From Candidatus Bathyarchaeia archaeon (GTDB lineage Archaea > Thermoproteota > Bathyarchaeia > Bathyarchaeales > Bathycorpusculaceae), in assembly GCA_050015395.1 (NCBI GenBank), contig JBEKBM010000009.1, positions 1 through 64,000 of the forward strand: a stretch of DNA of 64,000 bases, given 5' to 3'. A model generated the notes under the pieces. That model saw nothing but the letters and a program-made list of their open reading frames with translations, ran no database searches and had not been told where the DNA came from. Positions 56,099 to 64,000 of this stretch are shown here, one piece after another (the first letter of the stretch is position 1; every line of letters starts with the position of its first letter). The translations under genes were made by a program, and so were the position numbers.

Positions 56099-56325
56099 AT
56101 TCCTACACGACCGAGAGATATGTGGTTTTTGTATAAACCCTAGCTCCAATTTGGCCAACGGAAGATTTGAACCCCTGCCGAAGTGGAGACGTACCCACAA
56201 CCCCATTACAATTACATATAATTACATAAAAAAGAGCATGCATGTGCGTTGAGGCTATGTCGACTTTCAAAAAAGCTTATATTATAATAAATCTGATAAG
56301 AGTGAAAAGGGGGATTTGGGAAAAA

Positions 56326-56640
56326 ATGAAAGGAGCAATAGTGTTCTTAGCAGTGTTTGTAGTCGTCTTCTTAATATGCATAGGTGTAACTTCGATTCCT
56401 CCGGGACAGGCTTTGTATAACATGCTTAAGCTACCCATTCAGACAACGACGTACAAGGTAGGTGGCGCAATCTACGGTGACGTTCTGATAAAGGCTATCT
56501 TCAATGCGGTGGTCTATGGGGTCATCGTCTGGCTAGTCTTCACAATAGTGACATATAGACCTGGAAAAAAAACTCCTCAGAACATTCAGCAAAACGTAAC
56601 AGTTAACGTCGGAGACAAAGACGCCAAAGTAGGCTCATAG
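56326..56640 (+). CDS. hypothetical membrane protein
   Basis: MKGAIVFLAVF..IPPG...FNAVVYGVIVWLVF. Confidence 0.7.
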   Translation: MKGAIVFLAVFVVVFLICIGVTSIPPGQALYNMLKLPIQTTTYKVGGAIYGDVLIKAIFNAVVYGVIVWLVFTIVTYRPGKKTPQNIQQNVTVNVGDKDAKVGS

Positions 56641-56917
56641 CGCGTTTGTGAAGTGAAAAAAGTAGTGACTGACTTTTTGTTGCAGGACATGTTACGCTAC
56701 TGAAACACGCCTTTTATTATACTCCAAGTTTTTTCTATTTTTTTGTTGGGGAAGGGACAGACATTCTTCGACAGACGCCTCAACAGACTCATTTTTCAGT
56801 CGTTTCAAAGAATTCTACACAACCCTTTAAGTCTCACACAAGATGTCTAAGGCAAAAGCCAAGAGGTAAATATACACTTGACGCACTAAAGCCGCCAAAT
56901 CTTGGAAAATGCCAATT

Positions 56918-57304
56918 CTATATTATGCAAATGGTATCGTTTTCTATGTTAACTGTGTCGCCAGTTTTGATCTTTGAGATGTCAATTTTGTCAACGCAGG
57001 GGATTTCGCTGATTATGGCGCCGACGGCAACAACGGTTTCGCATTCCTTGTTAATCATGCCTGCTGGTGCGGTTCCGTTCTTTTTCATACGATAAAGTGT
57101 ATAGGAGCCTACGGTTGAGCCTTTGCCAGTTGGGAACACAAGGATTTTGCCCTTGACACTTTGTCCCTGAAGCTCATGCCCTTTTTCGATGACGACGCCC
57201 GTGTTCGGGTCTACACCGCCATAGAACGAGATAGGCTGAGAAGTAACAAGCGCTTCGCCTTCGCCTTTGCCTTTGGAAATTAATCTGCCCTTTAACTGCT
57301 CCAT
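56918..57304 (-). CDS. phosphomevalonate dehydratase small subunit (AcnX swivel domain, DUF126)
   Basis: ISFYGGVDP.TG, GKILVFP.GKGSTVGS. Confidence 0.92.
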   Translation of the reverse strand: MEQLKGRLISKGKGEGEALVTSQPISFYGGVDPNTGVVIEKGHELQGQSVKGKILVFPTGKGSTVGSYTLYRMKKNGTAPAGMINKECETVVAVGAIISEIPCVDKIDISKIKTGDTVNIENDTICII

Positions 57305-58491
57305 TTTCCAGTCACCGCCGCCTCTATGCATTCCTCTACGCTGCCCATTTTAGTTTTCATGCCGTTCTGCCTTGAATAGAAGCAGCCTTTCGCCGAGGTT
57401 GTTGCCAACGACTTAAACCTGCCCTTCAACGGTGCAACTGCCATGCATGTGTCGCAGGCAAACTTGGCTCCAGCTGCTTCGATGGTTTGGGTGTAGCCTC
57501 GTTTGTCGGCGAGTTGTTTGGCTGTTCTTGAAGTGGCAACCCAAAACTCGGTGCCCTCAGCCACCTTTTTGCCTTTAAGCAACTCAGCAACCTTAGCGAT
57601 TTCGTTAATTGAACAATGCGGACAACCAACACATACCAATTCTATGTCGCTTACTTCATCGTTGATGTTGTCGTAAGCGTTTTTGATGTCTGCTTGTTCG
57701 ATTGTAACTGTTTCTTTTGGTTTGAGTTGCTGCTCTGATGCGGGCGTTATGCCTTTAATGTAAAAAAGCGGTTTTGCGCCGTAAGTTACCACGGAAGCAC
57801 AGAACGATTTGAGTTCGTCTAAGTCGGCTGTTTTTATGCCTGTGATGTAGGGGATTTTGTTTTCGGCTTTTTTGCCAATCGCATAGCCCAGCGCTCCCCA
57901 ATCTGAAAGCTTTGTTAATTCAGTGTTCACTTGCACGTGGACGTCGGGGACTCTGTTCTCATCCAAATGCAATCCGTAGCAGGGTGTTTTGCCCACAAAT
58001 GCCGCCGCCAATGCGGAGGGTCCGCCTTCTTTGTTTGTTTTTGCGCCAATTACCGAGTTCGCGAAGGTGACGGCTGAGCTTTCGGACCATGCGACGTGTT
58101 CGCCGTAAAGCGGCAAGTTACCAATCAAGTAGGGTGTGCATGTGCAACTGACAAGTATGCCCATTTTTTTGAAGGCGTCTATTACGAGGTTTTGTTTCTC
58201 AGCGAACTCTGGGCTTATGCCAAGGTTGCGCCAGTTTTCCAAGTCCATTCCTGCAGGGTTCAGAGTGGTTAGAACGCGGACTCTGCCGTCTTTTGCCAAC
58301 TCGTTTAAAAATTCTAAGCCTGCGTCGCCAAGGTTGTTGTAGGATACTCCTGCCACTTGGACGCTGCCAACTTTGATTAGGCTTTTTGCGCCGTAAATGT
58401 CGCCGAGGGCAACGAGGATTTCCATGCTTTTTTGTACAGCGTAGCCTTCAGCGCCATCTAGCATTCGTTGTTCTTTTTCTGTCAGATACAT
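57292..58491 (-). CDS. phosphomevalonate dehydratase large subunit (AcnX, DUF521)
   Basis: GVSY.NLG, TTLNPAG, CTCTPY, WSESSA, GCPHCS, DTCM. Confidence 0.93.
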   Translation of the reverse strand: MYLTEKEQRMLDGAEGYAVQKSMEILVALGDIYGAKSLIKVGSVQVAGVSYNNLGDAGLEFLNELAKDGRVRVLTTLNPAGMDLENWRNLGISPEFAEKQNLVIDAFKKMGILVSCTCTPYLIGNLPLYGEHVAWSESSAVTFANSVIGAKTNKEGGPSALAAAFVGKTPCYGLHLDENRVPDVHVQVNTELTKLSDWGALGYAIGKKAENKIPYITGIKTADLDELKSFCASVVTYGAKPLFYIKGITPASEQQLKPKETVTIEQADIKNAYDNINDEVSDIELVCVGCPHCSINEIAKVAELLKGKKVAEGTEFWVATSRTAKQLADKRGYTQTIEAAGAKFACDTCMAVAPLKGRFKSLATTSAKGCFYSRQNGMKTKMGSVEECIEAAVTGKWSS

Positions 58492-58496
58492 GCTAA

Positions 58497-59807
58497 TCAC
58501 ATGAACTTGCTCAGGTCAACTTTTCGGTATTGTTCTTTCGTGAAGCTTTTATCTGTTTTTCCGAAGGGGATTGTAGCGTCTAACCCCATCTTGCAAGTGG
58601 TTGCCTTTTTGCCTTCAGTCAAATCTCCCGACGGATCCAAAGACGACCCAGGCTGGTTCGGCAAAATCACTACGTTTTTGTCCGCTTGGAATCTCATTGC
58701 GATAGCCCATTCAACATCGTGAGGATTATAGATGTCTATATCGTCGTCTACAATGACGCAGTGCTTCAGCGACTTGTGCCCTTCAAACGCGGCGCTGATG
58801 GCTTTTTTTCCGTCATCTTGATTTTTCTTCTTTATTTGCACAACTGCATGGAGCCAACTGCATCCGCCGGGTGTTATGTAAACGTCTTTGCATTCGCAGA
58901 CTTTGTTCACTTCATTGAAGATTGTAGGTTCTTTAGGCATACCCATTAAGAATTGATGTTCCCTCCTTCCTGGAAGTAAGGTTTGATAAATAGGCTTTTC
59001 TCGGTGAGTTACGCATTTAATTTCAATTATTGGTTGCTGTCTTATCCGGTCAATGGTTCCTGTTGTGTCCAGAAATGGTCCTTCAGCCGTTTTTCCCTTT
59101 GTTATTCTTCCTTCTAACACTATTTCGCAGTCTTTGGGCACTTCAAGATCAATGGTCTTACACTTCACTAATGCTGTTTCCTCGAGCGCATTAGCCATTC
59201 CCAACTCGTCAACACCCATCGGCATGGATGTGGCTGCGGATAGAAGAACAGCGGTTGAGTTACCTATGCAAATGGCAACGTCTAGTTCTCCGCCAGCCTT
59301 CTTAAGGGCTACGTCTGTTCCCCTATTCTCAACGATTCTGGCTACAAACCTGTTCTTGTCCAACAGCATTAGTCTATGGAAGCACATGTTCCGAGTACCG
59401 AATTCAGGGTCTTTTATTATGGAAACGGCGGACGCAATGTATTTTCCACCGTCCTTCTCCGTGTACCGCATTATTGGGAGTTTGGTTAAGTCAACATCGG
59501 TTTCTACTGTTTCTTGGCATTCGCCTTTTTCAGCTACTTGCGGCGGCACAGGATGCTCAATGGCACTGGAAAGCTTAGGTAGCAACTTGTCTTTTGGTAT
59601 TCCCAACGCTTGGGAGATTAACTCTTTTGAGGACACAAGTCCCGCCACAACGGGATAACTTGACTCTTTCACTTTTTCAAAATAAACTGGTTTCTCGCCG
59701 AGAGCGTTTATTATACCAGCCAACTCGTACTCAGTAGAGACTGGTTTTGTGATTCTTGTTAATTCGCCCTTTTTATCCAGCGCTTCTATAAAGTTTCTAA
59801 AGCTCAA
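58497..59807 (-). CDS. UbiD-family decarboxylase, probable anhydromevalonate phosphate decarboxylase
   Basis: KDGGKY, HRL, EIVLEG, EGPF.D, VDDDID; sits between mvk and acnX. Confidence 0.9.
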   Translation of the reverse strand: MSFRNFIEALDKKGELTRITKPVSTEYELAGIINALGEKPVYFEKVKESSYPVVAGLVSSKELISQALGIPKDKLLPKLSSAIEHPVPPQVAEKGECQETVETDVDLTKLPIMRYTEKDGGKYIASAVSIIKDPEFGTRNMCFHRLMLLDKNRFVARIVENRGTDVALKKAGGELDVAICIGNSTAVLLSAATSMPMGVDELGMANALEETALVKCKTIDLEVPKDCEIVLEGRITKGKTAEGPFLDTTGTIDRIRQQPIIEIKCVTHREKPIYQTLLPGRREHQFLMGMPKEPTIFNEVNKVCECKDVYITPGGCSWLHAVVQIKKKNQDDGKKAISAAFEGHKSLKHCVIVDDDIDIYNPHDVEWAIAMRFQADKNVVILPNQPGSSLDPSGDLTEGKKATTCKMGLDATIPFGKTDKSFTKEQYRKVDLSKFM

Positions 59808-59818
59808 GTTGCTCCAAC

Positions 59819-60760
59819 CTAGTATTTTTCAACGCCTATCTTTGTACTAAGCACTTCAAAGCCTAAGCTTTTGATGGCGCTTAGAACTTTTCCCTGCAAA
59901 TCTTTACCCGGCGTTAATGCAGTCATGCATCCGCCGCCGCCTCCGCCTGTGAGTTTTGCGCCAAAAGCGCCTTGTTTTCGGGCTAAATCGACCAGCATGT
60001 CGAGTTCTTTGCTGGACACGCCGATTTCTTGGAGCAGACGGTGATTTTCGTTCATGAGTTCCCCTACTTTTTTAAGGTCATAATTTTCCAGCGCCTTCCG
60101 TCCTGCGAAGGCTACATTTTCAGCTTGCTTAAAAATTGGGTCGTATTTTGCCGGGTTCTTCTTTTTGCGTTCGGCGACGCCTTCCACCATGACTTTAGTG
60201 TTTGCGACTTTGCCCGTGCTGCCGATGACAATTTCGATTGGCCTGCGCAAATGCAACTTTTCAATCTTGGCTGGTCCGCCAGCCACGTCTTTTTTAAACC
60301 ACATTAAGCCGCCGTAAGTTGCAGCGGTGTTGTCGATGCCTGAGGGATTGCCAGCATACGCTTTCTCCGCCTCATAGGCGATTTGATTAATTTTTTCATC
60401 AGAAATTTGCATGCCAAGCTCTTGCGCGATGGCTCTTGCGATGGCAACGCTGCTTGCTGCAGAAGCGCCCAAGCCGCTGAAACCCGGTAGAGTTCCGCCG
60501 ATCCAAATGTCCAATGAAGTTTTGGGGTTGATGCCCATGGCTTTTAGCATTCTCTCGATTGATTCGATTTGCTGGAGCCGTTTTTCTTCGCTGTAGCCTT
60601 TAGCAGTTTTCCGCTCGTCTTTAACGTTGATTCCTTTTGACGCCTTTTTCACTTCCGCATCAGTTGTGAAATCAATCGCGGAAACAATGCCCGGTACGCC
60701 ATGAACAATGAAGTGTTCGCCGAACAAAATTACTTTTCCGTAACCTGACCCTTTACCCAT
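59819..60760 (-). CDS. mvk: mevalonate kinase
   Basis: GKVILFGEH, GLGASAA, PSGID, GAKLTGGGGGG; start revised to ATG 60760. Confidence 0.95.
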   Translation of the reverse strand: MGKGSGYGKVILFGEHFIVHGVPGIVSAIDFTTDAEVKKASKGINVKDERKTAKGYSEEKRLQQIESIERMLKAMGINPKTSLDIWIGGTLPGFSGLGASAASSVAIARAIAQELGMQISDEKINQIAYEAEKAYAGNPSGIDNTAATYGGLMWFKKDVAGGPAKIEKLHLRRPIEIVIGSTGKVANTKVMVEGVAERKKKNPAKYDPIFKQAENVAFAGRKALENYDLKKVGELMNENHRLLQEIGVSSKELDMLVDLARKQGAFGAKLTGGGGGGCMTALTPGKDLQGKVLSAIKSLGFEVLSTKIGVEKY

Positions 60761-61217
60761 TACTGTAGCACCTTGAAAGGTAGCTATTACACCAACCAGA
60801 TAAAAACATTCTTTTGCTAGATAGGCAATACAAGTCGAAAGTTTCTTTGGGCTAATAGGCAAAATAGTGTTAGGTAGGTCAAGCCATTCGCTAATATAGA
60901 TAAGGCGTAGAAAGGCTGATGGCAAGATACCTTACCTTGTATTAGCAGCCAGACCGCCCAACTGTTGCTGGCTATCTTGCGTTCTTTTCTCGGCAACCTG
61001 CTTACGCTTTTACAGAATATAAAATAATGCTGTAACAAATTGAAGCAACAACCGCTTGGTTATTAAAGCAATTTCCGCTTGATTAGGTCTTTCATTTTAA
61101 CCCTTACTCTATGTTCATGTGCAAAGTCATGAAAAATTGAGCAAAAATGAATTAATAATTCAGAAATCTTTTATGAGCATTATAGAAATATGCAGGTGTG
61201 ATAGAGGTCGTTTGCTT

Positions 61218-61871
61218 GTGAGCGAAGAAATAGACCTTTTAATTGAGAGAAAAGAAGCTGAGCTTTTGCCTTTTCGCTCACGCATGGAAGAGCTAAGAAT
61301 AGAGTTTACCAAAGAAACAGTTCGCTTTGCAGCTGATTGGTATAGGAAAACCGCGAAAGAATATGTCTTGAAGTATCATGAAGTCACCCTAAGAATGGGT
61401 GCGGAAAAAATAGCTGTTATGAAAGCTAAAGTCGATGAATTGGTTAGAAATACTGAAAAAAGAGTCAGAGGAGAGTTGGATAATCCTGAATTGTGGTGGC
61501 ATCAAAAGCCACATCTCCATGACTCCATCGAGCAGTACAAGCAAGTAGCTGATAGGTACCCTGAAATTCTTGACCGAGCAGTAAGACGCGCCATAGGGTA
61601 CTTAGGTATAATACTGGAAGAATCTGGATTCCATGTCACTGCCAGCGGCAACACAGGTACATATGGTGAGTTTTGGTTTGAACGTCCAGTAGTAGGCACG
61701 CGGCCAGTTCCGAGTTATCCGCATCTTCTTAAATGGTCAGAGACCATGCAAGACATTATTCGAGAATACGATGCACAATTCGAAGAAGCAATTATATTGT
61801 ATACTGAGATTCATCAGCTTAAAGAAGAAAAGAAAAAGCAAGAAGCCCTCACACTATGGGACTCAATATAA
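61218..61871 (+). CDS. hypothetical helical protein, opposite to the operon direction
   Basis: Long open frame with coiled-coil character; GAGGT upstream of GTG 61218. Confidence 0.7.
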   Translation: MSEEIDLLIERKEAELLPFRSRMEELRIEFTKETVRFAADWYRKTAKEYVLKYHEVTLRMGAEKIAVMKAKVDELVRNTEKRVRGELDNPELWWHQKPHLHDSIEQYKQVADRYPEILDRAVRRAIGYLGIILEESGFHVTASGNTGTYGEFWFERPVVGTRPVPSYPHLLKWSETMQDIIREYDAQFEEAIILYTEIHQLKEEKKKQEALTLWDSI

Positions 61872-61889
61872 AGCTAGCTTTCCAAGCGC

Positions 61890-62744
61890 CTATTTTTTGA
61901 AGTTTACCGCCGCATATCCTACTACGCTTGAATGGTCGCCTGTTATGTCGCCGCTGTTGTGGTAGCTTAAGAGTTTGGCTTCTTTCGCGTTGACTCCTTT
62001 CGCGTAAGTGATTAGGGCTGTTATTGGCGCGTAACCGCAAGCTGTGATGTTTTGTGTTTCGACTGTTTCATAGAAGCGTTTTGCGTCCATGTCTGTGACC
62101 GCTTTAAGCGCAGCATGGTCTTTTGCGGCTGCTGTTTTTGCTGGTTCATAATGCGTCATGTCAGAAGAAGCGATGACTACTGTGTTTGTGGCATCTAAAA
62201 CTTTTTCAAGCGCCCTTCCCACCTCAACAGCGGAATCATAATCCTGCATTAGGAAGCAGATTGGCACAATCTTGAAGGTGTTGCCGTAGAGGAACTGCAA
62301 AAAGGGCAACTGAACCTCGATAGAATGTTCATAACGGTGAGCGAGTTCGTCTACGTCGATGACGCTGGTTTCGCGGGTTATCCCGTTTGCCATTTCAGTG
62401 TCGATTTCTACGTCGCCAAGCGGTGTACGCCAAACGCCTTCACGCATAAGGCTCAAAGCGCTACCGTAACCCGTATGATTTGGACCCATAAGCACTACTG
62501 TGTCAGGTTTGCCATCCAAGGCTAACTCGTAAAAAGCTGATGCTGCCACAGGACCAGAATACATGTAGCCTGCGTGGGGACAAATCATGCCAACTATGTT
62601 TCTGGGGTGAATATGCAAGTTTACAGCGGGAAGTTTTTTTGGACCTAGGTCATGGAGGAAACAGTTTTTAATTTGTACTCTAAGCGCTTCAGCGTCGCCT
62701 TCATAAAATTGACCTGCCACGGTTGGACGCCGAATCGTCGGCAA
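61890..62744 (-). CDS. MEMO1 family protein (AmmeMemoRadiSam protein B)
   Basis: VAGQFY, PHAGYMYSG, GPNH, EHSIEVQLPF, SSDMTHY, VVGY. Confidence 0.95.
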   Translation of the reverse strand: MPTIRRPTVAGQFYEGDAEALRVQIKNCFLHDLGPKKLPAVNLHIHPRNIVGMICPHAGYMYSGPVAASAFYELALDGKPDTVVLMGPNHTGYGSALSLMREGVWRTPLGDVEIDTEMANGITRETSVIDVDELAHRYEHSIEVQLPFLQFLYGNTFKIVPICFLMQDYDSAVEVGRALEKVLDATNTVVIASSDMTHYEPAKTAAAKDHAALKAVTDMDAKRFYETVETQNITACGYAPITALITYAKGVNAKEAKLLSYHNSGDITGDHSSVVGYAAVNFKK

Positions 62745-62748
62745 CGGT

Positions 62749-63480
62749 TTAGGGTTCCTCCTCTTCTTCCCTTGTAACCTTCGCTTCGAAATCCTCTATG
62801 GTTGCTGGCGGGTCTTTGTCTGCGGCTAATTCGCCTCTTTCACGAAGGACCTGCCTTGTTAGAAGCCAGAATACGACGGCTAATGCTCGTCTGCCCTTGT
62901 TGTTTGTAGGAATAACTAAATCTACGCCTGCGAACTCGTTGTCTGTGCTGCATAACGCAACGATTGGAATGCCAACTTTTGAGGCTTCTTTTACTGCCTG
63001 TGCATCTGCTCTTGGGTCTGAAACAAGTATAATTTCAGGGTCAATTCTGCCTGGATACTGCGGATTGGATAGTTGCCCAGGGATGAAGCGGCCAACTAGC
63101 GGTGTTGAACCTGTTAGCTCGCAGAATTTTTTGACTGGTTCTTGAGCATACAGCCTTGTTGCTGCCACTGCTACTTTTGCGTGCTCGTAGTGTGAGAGGA
63201 ATTTTGCGGTGACTCTTATTCGGTCGTCTGTTTTTTTAACGTCAAGTACGAATAATCCGTCTGGTCTAACCCGGTAGATGAAGGGTTCCATGTCAAGGGT
63301 TTTCGTTCTTGTTCCAATGTGGATGCCTGCGGAAAGCAGGGTGTCTCTTGGTAAGAGGAGCTCCTCTGCAGGCGGGGCTTCCTTAGACTTCTCATCTGCT
63401 ACTGCGGGTTGTTCCTTTTCGATGGGTTCCTCTTGGTTTTCCTCTTCTGGTTGATTCTCTTTATTTTCGTCTTCTGACAT
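62749..63480 (-). CDS. rps2: 30S ribosomal protein S2
   Basis: AGIHIGT, GRFIPG, D.QAVKEA, IPTNNKG. Confidence 0.97.
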   Translation of the reverse strand: MSEDENKENQPEEENQEEPIEKEQPAVADEKSKEAPPAEELLLPRDTLLSAGIHIGTRTKTLDMEPFIYRVRPDGLFVLDVKKTDDRIRVTAKFLSHYEHAKVAVAATRLYAQEPVKKFCELTGSTPLVGRFIPGQLSNPQYPGRIDPEIILVSDPRADAQAVKEASKVGIPIVALCSTDNEFAGVDLVIPTNNKGRRALAVVFWLLTRQVLRERGELAADKDPPATIEDFEAKVTREEEEEP

Positions 63481-63495
63481 TTTTTCATCTTCTGT

Positions 63496-64000
63496 TTAGC
63501 GTATTTTTAAATCAGCCATTTTGGCTCTGTCACCAAGGAAATGCTCAATCCTTATTAGCTCGTTAAGTTTGGCTATGCGTGCGCCCTCAACTACGCCTGT
63601 CTTGATTAGGGGGCACTTGTAAGCCACAGCCAAATGAGCAATGTGCCAGTCGCATGTGTCTCCTGAACGATGCGACACGACTGGGTCGTAACCATATCGC
63701 TGTGCAGTTTCAATCGTTTGAGCTGCATCGGACAGGGTACCTATCTGGTTGACTTTTATTATGATGGCGTTTCCAGCGTTAATCTTTATTCCATTATTTA
63801 ACCTTTCAGTATTTGTTGTGAACAAATCATCCCCGCAAATCAAGCAGTTTTTAGCTTTCCGAGTTAACGCAGCGAAACTTTCAAAGTCTTCCTCATGGAA
63901 TGGGTCTTCCACGTAAGCAAGATGATATTTCTCGATTAATTCAAGCATGAATTCGAGCTGTTCAGCTGTGTCACGTTTTTTACCTTCAGTCTCGTAAACG
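63496..64000 (-). CDS. eno: enolase, 5' part outside window
   Basis: [43 protein letters not shown]. Confidence 0.95.
   Translation of the reverse strand, partial: VYETEGKKRDTAEQLEFMLELIEKYHLAYVEDPFHEEDFESFAALTRKAKNCLICGDDLFTTNTERLNNGIKINAGNAIIIKVNQIGTLSDAAQTIETAQRYGYDPVVSHRSGDTCDWHIAHLAVAYKCPLIKTGVVEGARIAKLNELIRIEHFLGDRAKMADLKIR

Noticed and set aside
60761-60925. 54-aa N-terminal extension of mevalonate kinase
   Set aside because: Homology starts at MGKGSGYGK, with a TATA-like box and AGGTG directly upstream of ATG 60760
45109-63145. Numerous antisense ORFs over housekeeping genes
   Set aside because: Shadow frames of well-supported genes with no independent motifs

Overview
Archaeal chromosome segment. 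The gene set (SMC-ScpAB, rpS8e, SRP19, archaeal GluRS, intron-containing tRNA, PolB2 operon, AcnX/UbiD mevalonate route) points to a TACK archaeon, most likely Bathyarchaeia (inference). Five blocks: (1) 1-17.6 kb: a visibly AT-rich surface-glycosylation island with a frameshifted IS200/IS605 tnpA, glycosyltransferases, methyltransferases (two broken), two thymidylate-kinase-like genes and a nucleotidyltransferase. It is headed by a cassette of small Cys-rich ORFs and two paralogous unknown genes beside tRNA-Ser(GGA). (2) 18.2-35.1 kb: a surface/type IV pilus locus with an 8-blade PQQ-like protein, two giant pilin-adhesin fusions, three small pilins, TadA/TadC machinery, degenerate HerA- and KaiC-like ATPases, VapBC and a wHTH regulator. 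(3) 35.1-40.2 kb: the iRadA-small protein-PolB2 operon, with an AAA+ gene lying between polB2 and a duplicate of its 3' end. (4) 40.7-44.8 kb: two ABC exporters showing the same 3'-end duplication pattern. (5) 45.1-64 kb: housekeeping and isoprenoid genes. No CRISPR array, rRNA, integrase or reverse transcriptase was seen. All calls come from reading motifs by eye; no searches were run.
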